A stretch of 64,000 nucleotides of DNA from Leptolyngbyaceae cyanobacterium (GTDB lineage: Bacteria > Cyanobacteriota > Cyanobacteriia > Phormidesmidales > Phormidesmidaceae). Positions 51,549-61,200 of the stretch are shown in pieces. The stretch is taken from positions 608,001 through 672,000 of the forward strand of contig CBDHHL010000056.1 in the NCBI GenBank assembly GCA_965263355.1. The letters are read 5' to 3'. The notes under the pieces are model-generated. The model did no database searches and was not told the DNA's origin. It worked only from the letters and a program-made list of their open reading frames with translations. Both the position numbers and the translations under genes were made by a program. How positions within the stretch are numbered: position 1 is the stretch's first letter; each line of letters begins with the position of its first letter.

Positions 51549-52331
51549 ATGGCAAAGGCCATTCTAAACACTATTTCAGGCGCATTAGCAACATCGGTGG
51601 CTGTTATCGGAACAGCTGCGCCGATGGCGAGTGCCCAGGGATTTACCGGTAGTTTTGTTCCCGACCAGTGGGAGCTATTTAATAGCAGTCCGGCATTTCC
51701 TAATATTGATAATTCATTAATTACTATCGGTGGCGAGCCATTAGCTCCCTTTAATGGCTCAGTAGATTTTTCAGATGCACCTGATTCACTAACGTTATTA
51801 GGTAGCAACCAGTCGGCTATTTTGACTGCTCCAGGCTTAGCTGAATTTGGGCTGAGCTGTGATAATCCCAGCCTCCCAGCTAATTTACTATTTTTATGCA
51901 GTTCTAGTTTTACAGCGGTGTTTGTCACCGTTCCTGAAGCGCTGGATATTTCGTTTAGTTGGAACTATAAAACAACTGATAGCTTGGGTGCGGCCTTTGA
52001 CCCTTTTGGGTTTGCCATCGGCAACTTCCCGCCCACTGACCCGCAGGCTGACGGTATTTTTACTGAGCTGATTGATCGTAATGGCCCCATTGAACAATCG
52101 GGTACCACCCTTGTAGAGCTTGAAGCTGATCAAGTATTTGGCTTTCAAATTGGGACAGCTGATAACCAAGGTGGGCGCTCTGAGGCCGTTATTCGTGATT
52201 TCAGGGCAATGATTATGGAGTCTGATGAGATCGACCCGATATCAGTGCCAGAACCTACGTCAAGTGTTGCGATCGCACTACTTTCTGGTCTAGGGCTAGG
52301 TCTACGCCAAAAATCTCGTGCAGGGAAATAG
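51549..52331 (+). CDS. PEP-CTERM sorting domain protein
   Basis: Signal peptide; C-terminal VPEP, hydrophobic helix and basic tail RQKSR. Confidence 0.88.
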   Translation: MAKAILNTISGALATSVAVIGTAAPMASAQGFTGSFVPDQWELFNSSPAFPNIDNSLITIGGEPLAPFNGSVDFSDAPDSLTLLGSNQSAILTAPGLAEFGLSCDNPSLPANLLFLCSSSFTAVFVTVPEALDISFSWNYKTTDSLGAAFDPFGFAIGNFPPTDPQADGIFTELIDRNGPIEQSGTTLVELEADQVFGFQIGTADNQGGRSEAVIRDFRAMIMESDEIDPISVPEPTSSVAIALLSGLGLGLRQKSRAGK

Positions 52332-52374
52332 AACGCTTACAACTTGAAAACTAGCCAGTATTTGATCTCAACTC

Positions 52375-53616
52375 TTAAATTTCAACCTTTAGGCGTTGAG
52401 GATCTTGAACAATGGTTTTGTCAGTATCTGGGTCAAAAAGATGTATGTGTTCCACCTGTATGCCCAGGGTTAGATGATCCCCGGGGCGTGGGGGATTTGC
52501 TTCAGTTCCGTCAAGACGTACAAGCAGTGTCTTGTCATCCGGTGACGCAGCAGCGGGGGCGGTTAGGTCAACGGTGAGATAGGTTTCACTACCCAGGGCT
52601 TCAGCACGCTGTACGGTAACCGCTAAATGTTTGGGCGCGGGTACCGTCAGGCGTAAATGTTCGGGGCGGATGCCGAGGGTCAGCATCTGGTTGCCATAGG
52701 CGGCCAAAATGGGTTCCCAATGGCCGGGTAAGGTAACTCGAAATGCAGGATGAATCAGCGTCAGAGGTGGCTGGACTTTGACCGTGAGAAAATTCATCGG
52801 TGGGGAACCAATAAACGCTGCCACAAACCGATTTACTGGGGAGTGGTAGAGTTCTAACGGAGCGGCAATCTGTTGAATCACCCCCTGGTGCATGACCGCG
52901 ATGCGATCCCCCATGGTCATGGCTTCTACTTGATCGTGGGTAACATAGAGTGTCGTTGTGCCCAACTGGCGTTGTAGGGCCACAATCTGGGCACGGGTCT
53001 CGGTCCGCAGCTTCGCATCCAGGTTAGACAAGGGTTCGTCCATTAAAAACACCTGGGGGTTACGGGCCATGGCTCGACCCAAGGCCACACGCTGTTTTTG
53101 ACCGCCTGAGAGCTGTCGGGGCAGACGTTTTAGCAACGGCGTAATTTGCAAAATCTCAGCAATCGCTTTTACCCGTTTAGCAATCGCCTGTTCTCGTTCT
53201 GGCCAGTAGTGAAAACCAGGGGGCAGCAGCCGAGTTAGCCCAAATAATGCCTGTTGCCAACGGCTAATGGGGGGTAAGTCACCAACGGTGCGTCTCAGCC
53301 CAAAAGCCAGGTTGTCATAGACGCTCAGATGCGGATAAAGGGCATAGCTCTGAAACACCATGGCCACGTCACGCTGTTTAGGGGGGAGGGCATTGACCCG
53401 CTGATCGCCAATGGTAATGGTCCCGCCAGTAATACTTTCTAACCCTGCAATCAGACGCAGTAGGGTACTCTTACCACAACCGGACGGCCCCACAAGCACC
53501 ATAAATTCGCCGTCTTTGACATTCAGATGAATGCGCTTGAGCACCGTTGCTGGCTTAGCATCTGAGGATTGACGAGGAAATGTTTTATAAACGTTGTCGA
53601 TAACAACCTCAGCCAC
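52375..53616 (-). CDS. Sugar ABC transporter ATP-binding subunit (MalK/UgpC-like)
   Basis: GPSGCGKS, VFQSYALYPH, LSGGQKQR, MDEPLSNLD, YVTHDQ and a C-terminal TOBE region. Confidence 0.93.
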   Translation of the reverse strand: MAEVVIDNVYKTFPRQSSDAKPATVLKRIHLNVKDGEFMVLVGPSGCGKSTLLRLIAGLESITGGTITIGDQRVNALPPKQRDVAMVFQSYALYPHLSVYDNLAFGLRRTVGDLPPISRWQQALFGLTRLLPPGFHYWPEREQAIAKRVKAIAEILQITPLLKRLPRQLSGGQKQRVALGRAMARNPQVFLMDEPLSNLDAKLRTETRAQIVALQRQLGTTTLYVTHDQVEAMTMGDRIAVMHQGVIQQIAAPLELYHSPVNRFVAAFIGSPPMNFLTVKVQPPLTLIHPAFRVTLPGHWEPILAAYGNQMLTLGIRPEHLRLTVPAPKHLAVTVQRAEALGSETYLTVDLTAPAAASPDDKTLLVRLDGTEANPPRPGDHLTLGIQVEHIHLFDPDTDKTIVQDPQRLKVEI

Positions 53617-53625
53617 GTTTAGTTC

Positions 53626-56118
53626 CTAGTTTGGTTCAGATACCAGAATATCGGTAATGGTTTCACCACGGGCAGGCGTAAGAATGCGATCGCAGGGTTG
53701 ACTTCGTCCCTGTAATGCCACTCGGTCTATGGCCAGACAAGCTGCCCGATCTTGACTGGTCATGACCGTAAAGTCAGCTGATTCAGGTACCTCGACTAGT
53801 ATGACTAGGCGATCACCCGTTTGACTAAACTTAAATGACTGGGAACCGATGCCACCTCGGCTACTGCGATTGATGGCGGCCACCTGCATCCGTTTGGCAT
53901 AGCCCTTAGTCGACATTAGCAGCATTTTGCTATTTTTTTGAATCGGTTGGCATCCCACCACAGAGTCTCCCTTAACTAATCGAATCGCCTGGGTTCCTTG
54001 GGAATTACGACTTGTATCCGGCAATTGCTCATGGTCAATGGTAAAGCGCAACAATCGCCCACTGGAAGACGCTAGCATCAAGTCCTGGTCTAAATCAGCA
54101 ATGACCGCATAGGCCAAGTAATCCGCTGGTTTAAGTTTAATGGCGACTAAACCACGTCCAGTAATGGACTCAAATTCGGTCAGTGGCAGGCGCTTAATTT
54201 TTCCTTGGGCCGTTACCAAAATCACCTGTTGGCCCATGGCCTTATCCGTCATCAGAATAGGGGGCAAGATGGCATCTGGATCATTGCCGATGGCATCGGG
54301 CAGTAAATGTACCAAGGGCTGTCCCTTCGATTGCCGCTGAGCCAAAGGTAAATCGTTTACAGACAAGCTATAGGCTTTACCATCGCGGGAAAATAGCAAC
54401 AAATTGTGGGTGGTCCAAGCAAATTCTGTCTGAATGGTCAGGTCGTCTAACTCCGTTAGCTTTGAGGGCGGCGACTCTAGTTTTCCTTGCCGTCGTTGAT
54501 AGGTGCGGGGTGATAACCGTCGGGCGTATCCTTTGCGGGTAAACTCAACAACGGTTTCTTCTTCCTGGGCCTCTGCTGCAAGATTGGCTAGCATTTCTTT
54601 TTCTTCCGCCCGCTCGCTGGCCGTTTGCAATCGGGTACGGCGTTCATCCTTAAATGCTTTTTTGAGCTTTCTAAGATCTTTTTTCAGGGCCTTTAGGCGC
54701 TCCTTTCGATCCGATAGCAGGAGTTCTAAGGTTTCCTTTCGTGTTGACAGTTCTTCAAACTCGTTGAGTAAATTATCTTGCTCCAATCCCACTAATCGCC
54801 GTAGGGGCATGGCTAAAATTGCATCGGCTTGCCGGTCGCTTAAATCAAACTGTTCACTGATTTCCATCTTGGCCGTTGAACCATCTGGGGCGGCCCGCAA
54901 AATTTCAATTACCTCATCAATGCTGTCCAGGGCGGTCAGTAACCCTTCGACAATGTGTAGCCGCCGATCGGTTTTTTCCAGTTCGTTGGTATATTGCCGT
55001 ACCAACGTCTCTTCACGAAAATCTAGAAATGCCTGCAGCATATGCCTCAGAGGCATCTGAACCGGCTGTCCTCCATCGAGGGCTAACATAATGGCCCCAA
55101 AGTTAACCTGCAGCGGTGTCATTTTGTACAGAGCGGCCAAAATGCTTTGGGGGTGTACCTCGCGCTTGAGTTCTATAACAACCCGCATGCCATCGCGATC
55201 GCTTTCGTCACGAATATCGGCAATCCCGTCGAGCTTACCCTGGTTAACCAAATTTGCGACTTTTTCAATCCAGCCTGCTTTATTGACCTGGTAGGGCAGT
55301 TCCGTAACGATGATGGCATTACGACGCTGTCGCCCTTTACCTGGCTGAATTTCCTCAAAGCTAGCAATGCCGCGTACGGGAATACTGCCACGGCCTGTAA
55401 GATAGGCATCATGAATCCCTTTGGTGTCAGTAATTTCACCACCCGTTGGAAAATCTGGGCCGGGAATTAACTTAAACAAAGCCTCATCGGAAATGCTGGG
55501 CCGATCAATGATTGCGATTAGCCCCTCAACAACCTCTCCCAAATTGTGAGGAGGAATATTTGTGGCCATTCCCACTGCAATCCCGGAGCTGCCATTTAGC
55601 AAGAGATTAGGTAACTGGGATGGGAGGACTACGGGCTCTTGCTGAGAACTGTCGAAGTTATCAATAAAATCAACGGTTGCTTCACTAATCTCGCTCAATA
55701 GTGCTTCATGGCTTACGGAGGCTAAACGCGTTTCCGTATAACGCATAGCCGCCGGAGGATCATTGTCCACGGAGCCAAAATTACCATGGCCGTCTAACAG
55801 CGGATAACGACTGGAGAAATCCTGCACCATTCGCACTAAGGCATCATAGACCGCCTGATCACCATGGGGGTGATATTTACCCAGCACATCTCCAACGACG
55901 CGAGCACATTTTCGAAAGGGACGATCGGGGGTTAAACCCAATTCGTGCATGGCGTAGAGAATGCGCCGATGCACTGGTTTTAGGCCATCACGGACGTCGG
56001 GCAAGGCCCGCCCGACAATAACGCTCATGGCATATTCCAGATATGATCGTTGCACCTCTGTATGAAGAGAGGTGATGACAATTTGCTCATCTGAAAACGC
56101 ATTTAGCTGGTTTGCCAT
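53626..56118 (-). CDS. gyrA: DNA gyrase / topoisomerase IV subunit A
   Basis: [22 protein letters not shown] and AAMRYTE motifs with a C-terminal beta-pinwheel; GyrA-box degenerate, so possibly the ParC-like paralogue. Confidence 0.9.
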   Translation of the reverse strand: MANQLNAFSDEQIVITSLHTEVQRSYLEYAMSVIVGRALPDVRDGLKPVHRRILYAMHELGLTPDRPFRKCARVVGDVLGKYHPHGDQAVYDALVRMVQDFSSRYPLLDGHGNFGSVDNDPPAAMRYTETRLASVSHEALLSEISEATVDFIDNFDSSQQEPVVLPSQLPNLLLNGSSGIAVGMATNIPPHNLGEVVEGLIAIIDRPSISDEALFKLIPGPDFPTGGEITDTKGIHDAYLTGRGSIPVRGIASFEEIQPGKGRQRRNAIIVTELPYQVNKAGWIEKVANLVNQGKLDGIADIRDESDRDGMRVVIELKREVHPQSILAALYKMTPLQVNFGAIMLALDGGQPVQMPLRHMLQAFLDFREETLVRQYTNELEKTDRRLHIVEGLLTALDSIDEVIEILRAAPDGSTAKMEISEQFDLSDRQADAILAMPLRRLVGLEQDNLLNEFEELSTRKETLELLLSDRKERLKALKKDLRKLKKAFKDERRTRLQTASERAEEKEMLANLAAEAQEEETVVEFTRKGYARRLSPRTYQRRQGKLESPPSKLTELDDLTIQTEFAWTTHNLLLFSRDGKAYSLSVNDLPLAQRQSKGQPLVHLLPDAIGNDPDAILPPILMTDKAMGQQVILVTAQGKIKRLPLTEFESITGRGLVAIKLKPADYLAYAVIADLDQDLMLASSSGRLLRFTIDHEQLPDTSRNSQGTQAIRLVKGDSVVGCQPIQKNSKMLLMSTKGYAKRMQVAAINRSSRGGIGSQSFKFSQTGDRLVILVEVPESADFTVMTSQDRAACLAIDRVALQGRSQPCDRILTPARGETITDILVSEPN

Positions 56119-56357
56119 GATTTCGTATCCTTGAAAGCTGCCCTAGAGACAGTAATTAGCCTTACCAATGCTGTACCTTATACACAAGCGTCATGGATCC
56201 GCAATAGTTCAGATCCAAATCGATCAAGAATTCAATAGACTTGCCGACGGCTGTGTACCTGATTCATTGTTTTTTGACAGGTTCTATATTGATTTGATGC
56301 ACTAAGGCCAATGGCCGACAACGGCTATAGTAACTTTGCTATGTTCACGAAACGCCT

Positions 56358-56753
56358 ATGAAAACAGTTTTAATTGTGGAAGACGACATGATCAATGCCC
56401 GCGTTTTCTCTAAAATTTTGACCAAGCGCGGTGGCTTAGCGGTCAAACACACAGAAAATGTGGATGAGGTCATGCAAATTGCTGAAAGCGGTGAGATAGA
56501 CGTGATTTTAATGGATGTTTCCCTGTCCCATAGTATTTATCAAGGGAAACCGGTAGACGGCATCCGTATTACCCAGATGCTGAAGGCCAATAGTACCACT
56601 GCTGCATTACCAATTATTTTGGTAACCGCCCATGCTATGGATGGCGATCGCGAAAACTTTTTGCAACAGAGTGGAGCCGATGGCTATATTTCAAAGCCTA
56701 TTGTTGACCATCAGAAGTTTGTAGATGATGTTAAAGCCATGATTGGCGATTAG
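56358..56753 (+). CDS. Single-domain response regulator (DivK/CheY-like)
   Basis: VEDD, LMDV, VTAHAM and YISKP motifs. Confidence 0.9.
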   Translation: MKTVLIVEDDMINARVFSKILTKRGGLAVKHTENVDEVMQIAESGEIDVILMDVSLSHSIYQGKPVDGIRITQMLKANSTTAALPIILVTAHAMDGDRENFLQQSGADGYISKPIVDHQKFVDDVKAMIGD

Positions 56754-56890
56754 CGACAGGTCATCTATGGGGAAATGTATTTCAACTTAAACTAGATCAA
56801 ATATACTACCTAAATGGCTAGGTAGTACATTTTAAGAATCTAAATTTTCTAGTCTAAATTGCAAATCAACAAACGGAAGTCATTTCTGAT

Positions 56891-57760
56891 CTAAAGTCCG
56901 GAAATGACTTCCTGTAATCCAGGTGTACCAAACATGGCTTCAGTGGCTTTCAATAACCGATTGCCCCAGAGATTATCTGCTAAAAATTCTAAATCAGCAT
57001 AACGACTATCACGTTCTAAGGCGGCAGTAGCTGATTCTATAGCGGCTGGTCGGTTGATGTTAGCGGCATAATGGGCGGCTGCGATCGCTAATGTGGGTTC
57101 CGGTTCCTCATCAGACAAGTTCAACGAGCGTTCCCACTGCTCAATAGCTGGCTCTAACTGGCCCATTTCATAGAGAACAAGCCCAATATTATTAACGGCT
57201 GGCCAGAAAGACTCATTGAACTTGATAGCGGCTTCATACTGATCAATCGCCTTTTCATAGCGATTGAGTTTATAGTAAGCGTTACCCAAATCAAAATGAG
57301 CCCCAGCATTACCGGGTTCTAGACCCAGACCTTTTTCTAGGGCATTGGCCGCCTGTAAATACTTTGCCTCACTAAAATAAGCGGACCCCAGGGTGAACCA
57401 AATCGTGGCATCACTACTATTGATAGATTTTGCTGTTTCTAGGGCATTAACCGCTGCAGCACTATCGCCAACCTGCAAATGTAAGCTGCCCATCAACGCC
57501 AGAATTTGTGGATCCCGAGGAGCAAGTTGAGCGGCTAGCTGAATCCGGGCTAGAGCTTCATCATATTGTTGAAATTGAGCCAACTGGGCGGCTTCCTGCG
57601 CTAAGCTCAGCCCTGTTGCCGTTAATCGTTCTTCATCCAATGGCAGCGTATAGGGCAGCAATGCTTGGGCATTTACTGCACGTGCTGTCCAACCGCACCC
57701 CAACAAGGTCAGAAGGGTAGCAAGTGCAGGACGCGTAAGCTGAGATATAAGCTGATTCAT
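56891..57760 (-). CDS. Tetratricopeptide repeat protein
   Basis: TPR repeats (WFTLGSAY, HFDLGNAYY, NNIGLVLY) and a signal-like N-terminus. Confidence 0.9.
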   Translation of the reverse strand: MNQLISQLTRPALATLLTLLGCGWTARAVNAQALLPYTLPLDEERLTATGLSLAQEAAQLAQFQQYDEALARIQLAAQLAPRDPQILALMGSLHLQVGDSAAAVNALETAKSINSSDATIWFTLGSAYFSEAKYLQAANALEKGLGLEPGNAGAHFDLGNAYYKLNRYEKAIDQYEAAIKFNESFWPAVNNIGLVLYEMGQLEPAIEQWERSLNLSDEEPEPTLAIAAAHYAANINRPAAIESATAALERDSRYADLEFLADNLWGNRLLKATEAMFGTPGLQEVISGL

Positions 57761-58106
57761 AGAAAGTGGACAGGGATAGGTAAGATTTGATAAATCGTGG
57801 GCAGATAAACCACCTCCAAGTTGAAACCTGTAGATTCTTAACCGGAGAAATGTCCGTTCTGGAAGTGGTCAAGGGTTAGATACCTTCAGAAAGATTAAGT
57901 AGCAACCGCTAGAACTATCTTGGCAGATGCCTTGGGTCTACTTCATTTGAGTTGACTAGTTATCAGTATAGATACATCATCTTAGTCCATGGTTCTTACT
58001 ACTTAGGAATTTAATCTCGATGTCTAATTTACATAGTCCGTCAGCCTTCAATTTTTGGAGAGCGGGTGGGTAGAGAGTAGAGAGTGCTGCTCTAAACAAA
58101 AATCCC

Positions 58107-58234
58107 CTAGCGGTCCGTCAAGCCTAAGATTTAGAATGAGGCGAGTAAAGAGTAAAGAGTCAAAGGAGATGAAGAGTCACTCTTTACTCTTCATCAATAC
58201 AGGATCCTAATTTTTAGCGTTGACACTGCACTAG
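58107..58234. mobile_element. 128-bp MITE with IS630-type ends
   Basis: Left end ctagcggtccgtcaagcctaagatttag; right end revcomp ctagtgcagtgtcaacgctaaaaattagg, nearly identical to the IS630 end at 8184. CTAG at both ends; no ORF. Confidence 0.8.
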
Positions 58235-58235
58235 C

Positions 58236-61200
58236 TTAAAATCGGGTCTCAAACTCTAGCAAAACTCGATTTCGATCATCAAAGTTGGTTGTGCTACGAA
58301 TTGTAAATTCGTCGGTCAGTCGATAGCGCAGGTTAAATTCTGTCGGCGTATTGTCAGTCAAAATTTTGACCAGAGAGAAGGTGACGTTATCGGTGATGTC
58401 AAAGCCAACTTCTGTGGCGATATCTAGAGTAGACCCGCTATTTTCATCGCTGGAAAAGCGGGAGGAACTGGTCACTGGGAATAGTCGGAATTCGCTAAGG
58501 TTAAGGGTTCTGCCGATGAAATCCTGCAGGCTATTGAGCAAGGCCCCGCCAAAGAAGTTAAGTACCCCCTGCCCCGACTGTAAGGCAGCCACATAGCTAC
58601 CACTGAGTAAGTTAACGATTTCCTGTCTAGACCGGGGGGGAGAGCTAGAAAATTCAATCACAGCATCGCTAATGTCTGAGAGAAATAAACTTTCTAGCAA
58701 GTTACTCGTGCTTCCTTTGTAGCTAGCACGGATACGAATAGTTTCCAAGCCTGTGGTGCTCTGAAACGGATCAATGGAATTATCTGCAACTTCTGATGAT
58801 GAGGCAAAGGTCGTTGCTTCCACGACGTTATTTTGCTGCGTTTCTGCCACCGAGGTGCGCAATTGAATATCGAGCAGGGGATCGGCGATCCCCCGTTCTG
58901 GGATAAAGCGGGCCGTATTATTGCGGCCCGCCAGACGGAATGTGGTGGTCAGTAGATTGATCTGCCCTGATCGTAGACGAATAGTCCCTGTCGGTTGGAT
59001 GGCTCCAAAGGGTCTGAGGGGGCCTGTAATATTTAAATCTCCCTGGGCTAGAACATTGAGTAGATTGCTCTGTTGAATCTGAATGTTATTTGCCAGAGTG
59101 ATTTTGAGGTTTTCAAATCGGGGTACAAAGGGAGAGATTTCTGGTACTGCTGGGGAGACTGCATTATTGTTGCCTTCCGGGAGGAATAGACGACCATTTT
59201 TTAGTTCTACGACGCCCCCTAGCTGCGGACCTAATAGCAAACTACCGCCGACGACTATCTTGCCTTCAACACCGCCTCTGTAAATACCCCGGAGGTCAAG
59301 ATCAATATCATTTAGCGTGACGGTGAGGGCTCCAGATGAATGAACAATGGACGATTCATCGGCTTCCCCAGGAATCGTCTCCGATGTTATTACAGTCCCA
59401 TCTTCTTCATTGGGTGTGCTGGGTGTAATAGGTGTGCCGATGTTACTACCATTAAAGGCATCAGCACCTAAGAGTGCGAGCCTAGGTCCGTCAATGATAA
59501 ATGGATAGGCCAGGGGAAAACTGCCTGCTGCTCGCAGTTGGCCATTGCTATAGGTGCCTTGTAGCTGCTTGACATTAATCTGGTCATTTTCAAAAACAAC
59601 GCTGCTGGAAAAATTGGTGAGGGGATCTGGCAGCAGGGGCGATCGCAACACGGCATCCTGCACCTCCATCGAACCACTGACCGTGGGGTTACTTAAACTA
59701 CCCCCAATTTCAAGGGATACCTGGCCTTTTCCTGATTCCCACAGCACCTGACTATTGAGAGCATTGAGTAGGGCCAAGCCTTCATCAGCCACATCCAGAC
59801 TCAAGGAAATACTGTCATTGGCAGGTTTCACCTTCATAAACTCAAAGGCATAGGGAATATCTCCCACCAGGGTTAGGGGCTGCGGATTGTTAACCTGGAG
59901 TAACTCGCCCTGTAGGATTAAACGGGCATTTTCGTATAGAAACAACCCTCCAGCCTTTGCAATCGGCTGATTGTTGATGCTGCCATCGGCCAGAATAATA
60001 TCGCCACGAACGGTAGGATTATCGAGACCGCCGCTAAAGTTGGCGATGCTATTTAACCGCCCCTGTAGTCCTATGGGCAGATTAAAGATATCCCGCACCG
60101 CTGCCACCGGTAGTTGTTCAGCCACCAGCTGCAGACTGGAACTATCCTGCTCAACCAAGGACAGGTTGCCTGCCAGGTTTACGAAAGCCAGCTGGGGATT
60201 GCCATCGGCATCTGGTGGTAATGCCGTCTCCAAACGCACGGGTTGAAGGGTGAGATTACCATTGGAGAGCTGTCCTTGGGCAATCACTCGGTCGGCCACA
60301 AAGTCCCGAGTCCAGGTCCAATCTTGACCATCGACATCAAACACAATTTCGGGCAGTTGCTGCGGTTGACCGCTCAGTCTGACCGTTGCATCAAATCTTC
60401 CTTGCAACTGATTGATGGGAGGAATAGGATTTTGCTCTTCAGCCAGGGCTACCTGATCTTGAATCTTCTGAATTTCTGCCAAACGGCGGAGCTGATCAAG
60501 GAGTGTAGCGTCAGCGTTGCCAGTAGATTGGGTCGCTAAAACCTCTGGAATGTCCGCTGGCGCTGGCTGGTTTGCCAGCCATGTGGGTGACTGGAATGTT
60601 TGGATTAAATCTTCCAGATCGATGATGGCCAGGGCTGTGAGAATATCCTTAACATCACCGTTTTCAACATCGACTTTAGCGTTGTAAGCCAGGGTTTCCA
60701 GCTGTAAATTACCGTTAAATTGATAGACGCTGTCTGCAACCTGTTCAGCGCCACAATAGCTGGGTAATGGTCTGCTATTGGTTTCTAGTTGCCCTGAGCA
60801 GGCATTAAATATCAGTTCACCCTGGTCCACAAAGACATAGCGATCGCGATAGGCTATTTGCCCCGTAAGTTGTTGCCCATTGAGATACCCCAAGCCTGGT
60901 TGATCGATAAAAACCCCACCTACCAGGGTCTGACGATTTAGATCCACGACCCATTCTCCTTGGGAAGAAAGGGTGCCCTTGAAACCACCACCTAAGCGCT
61001 CCACTGCTGGTAAGCCTAATGCTTGCAAGGGCAGATTTTGCAAGCTGGCCCTCAATAGATCACCATCGGTACGACCGGTGGCTTGGGCCCCTTGCCAGCT
61101 GACATCAAAGGCAAAATCACGCGGCTGAAAACTAATGGCAATACCATCTGCCAGCCCGTCAGGTGTTACAGGACCACTTTTCCCGTCCAAATCCACCATT

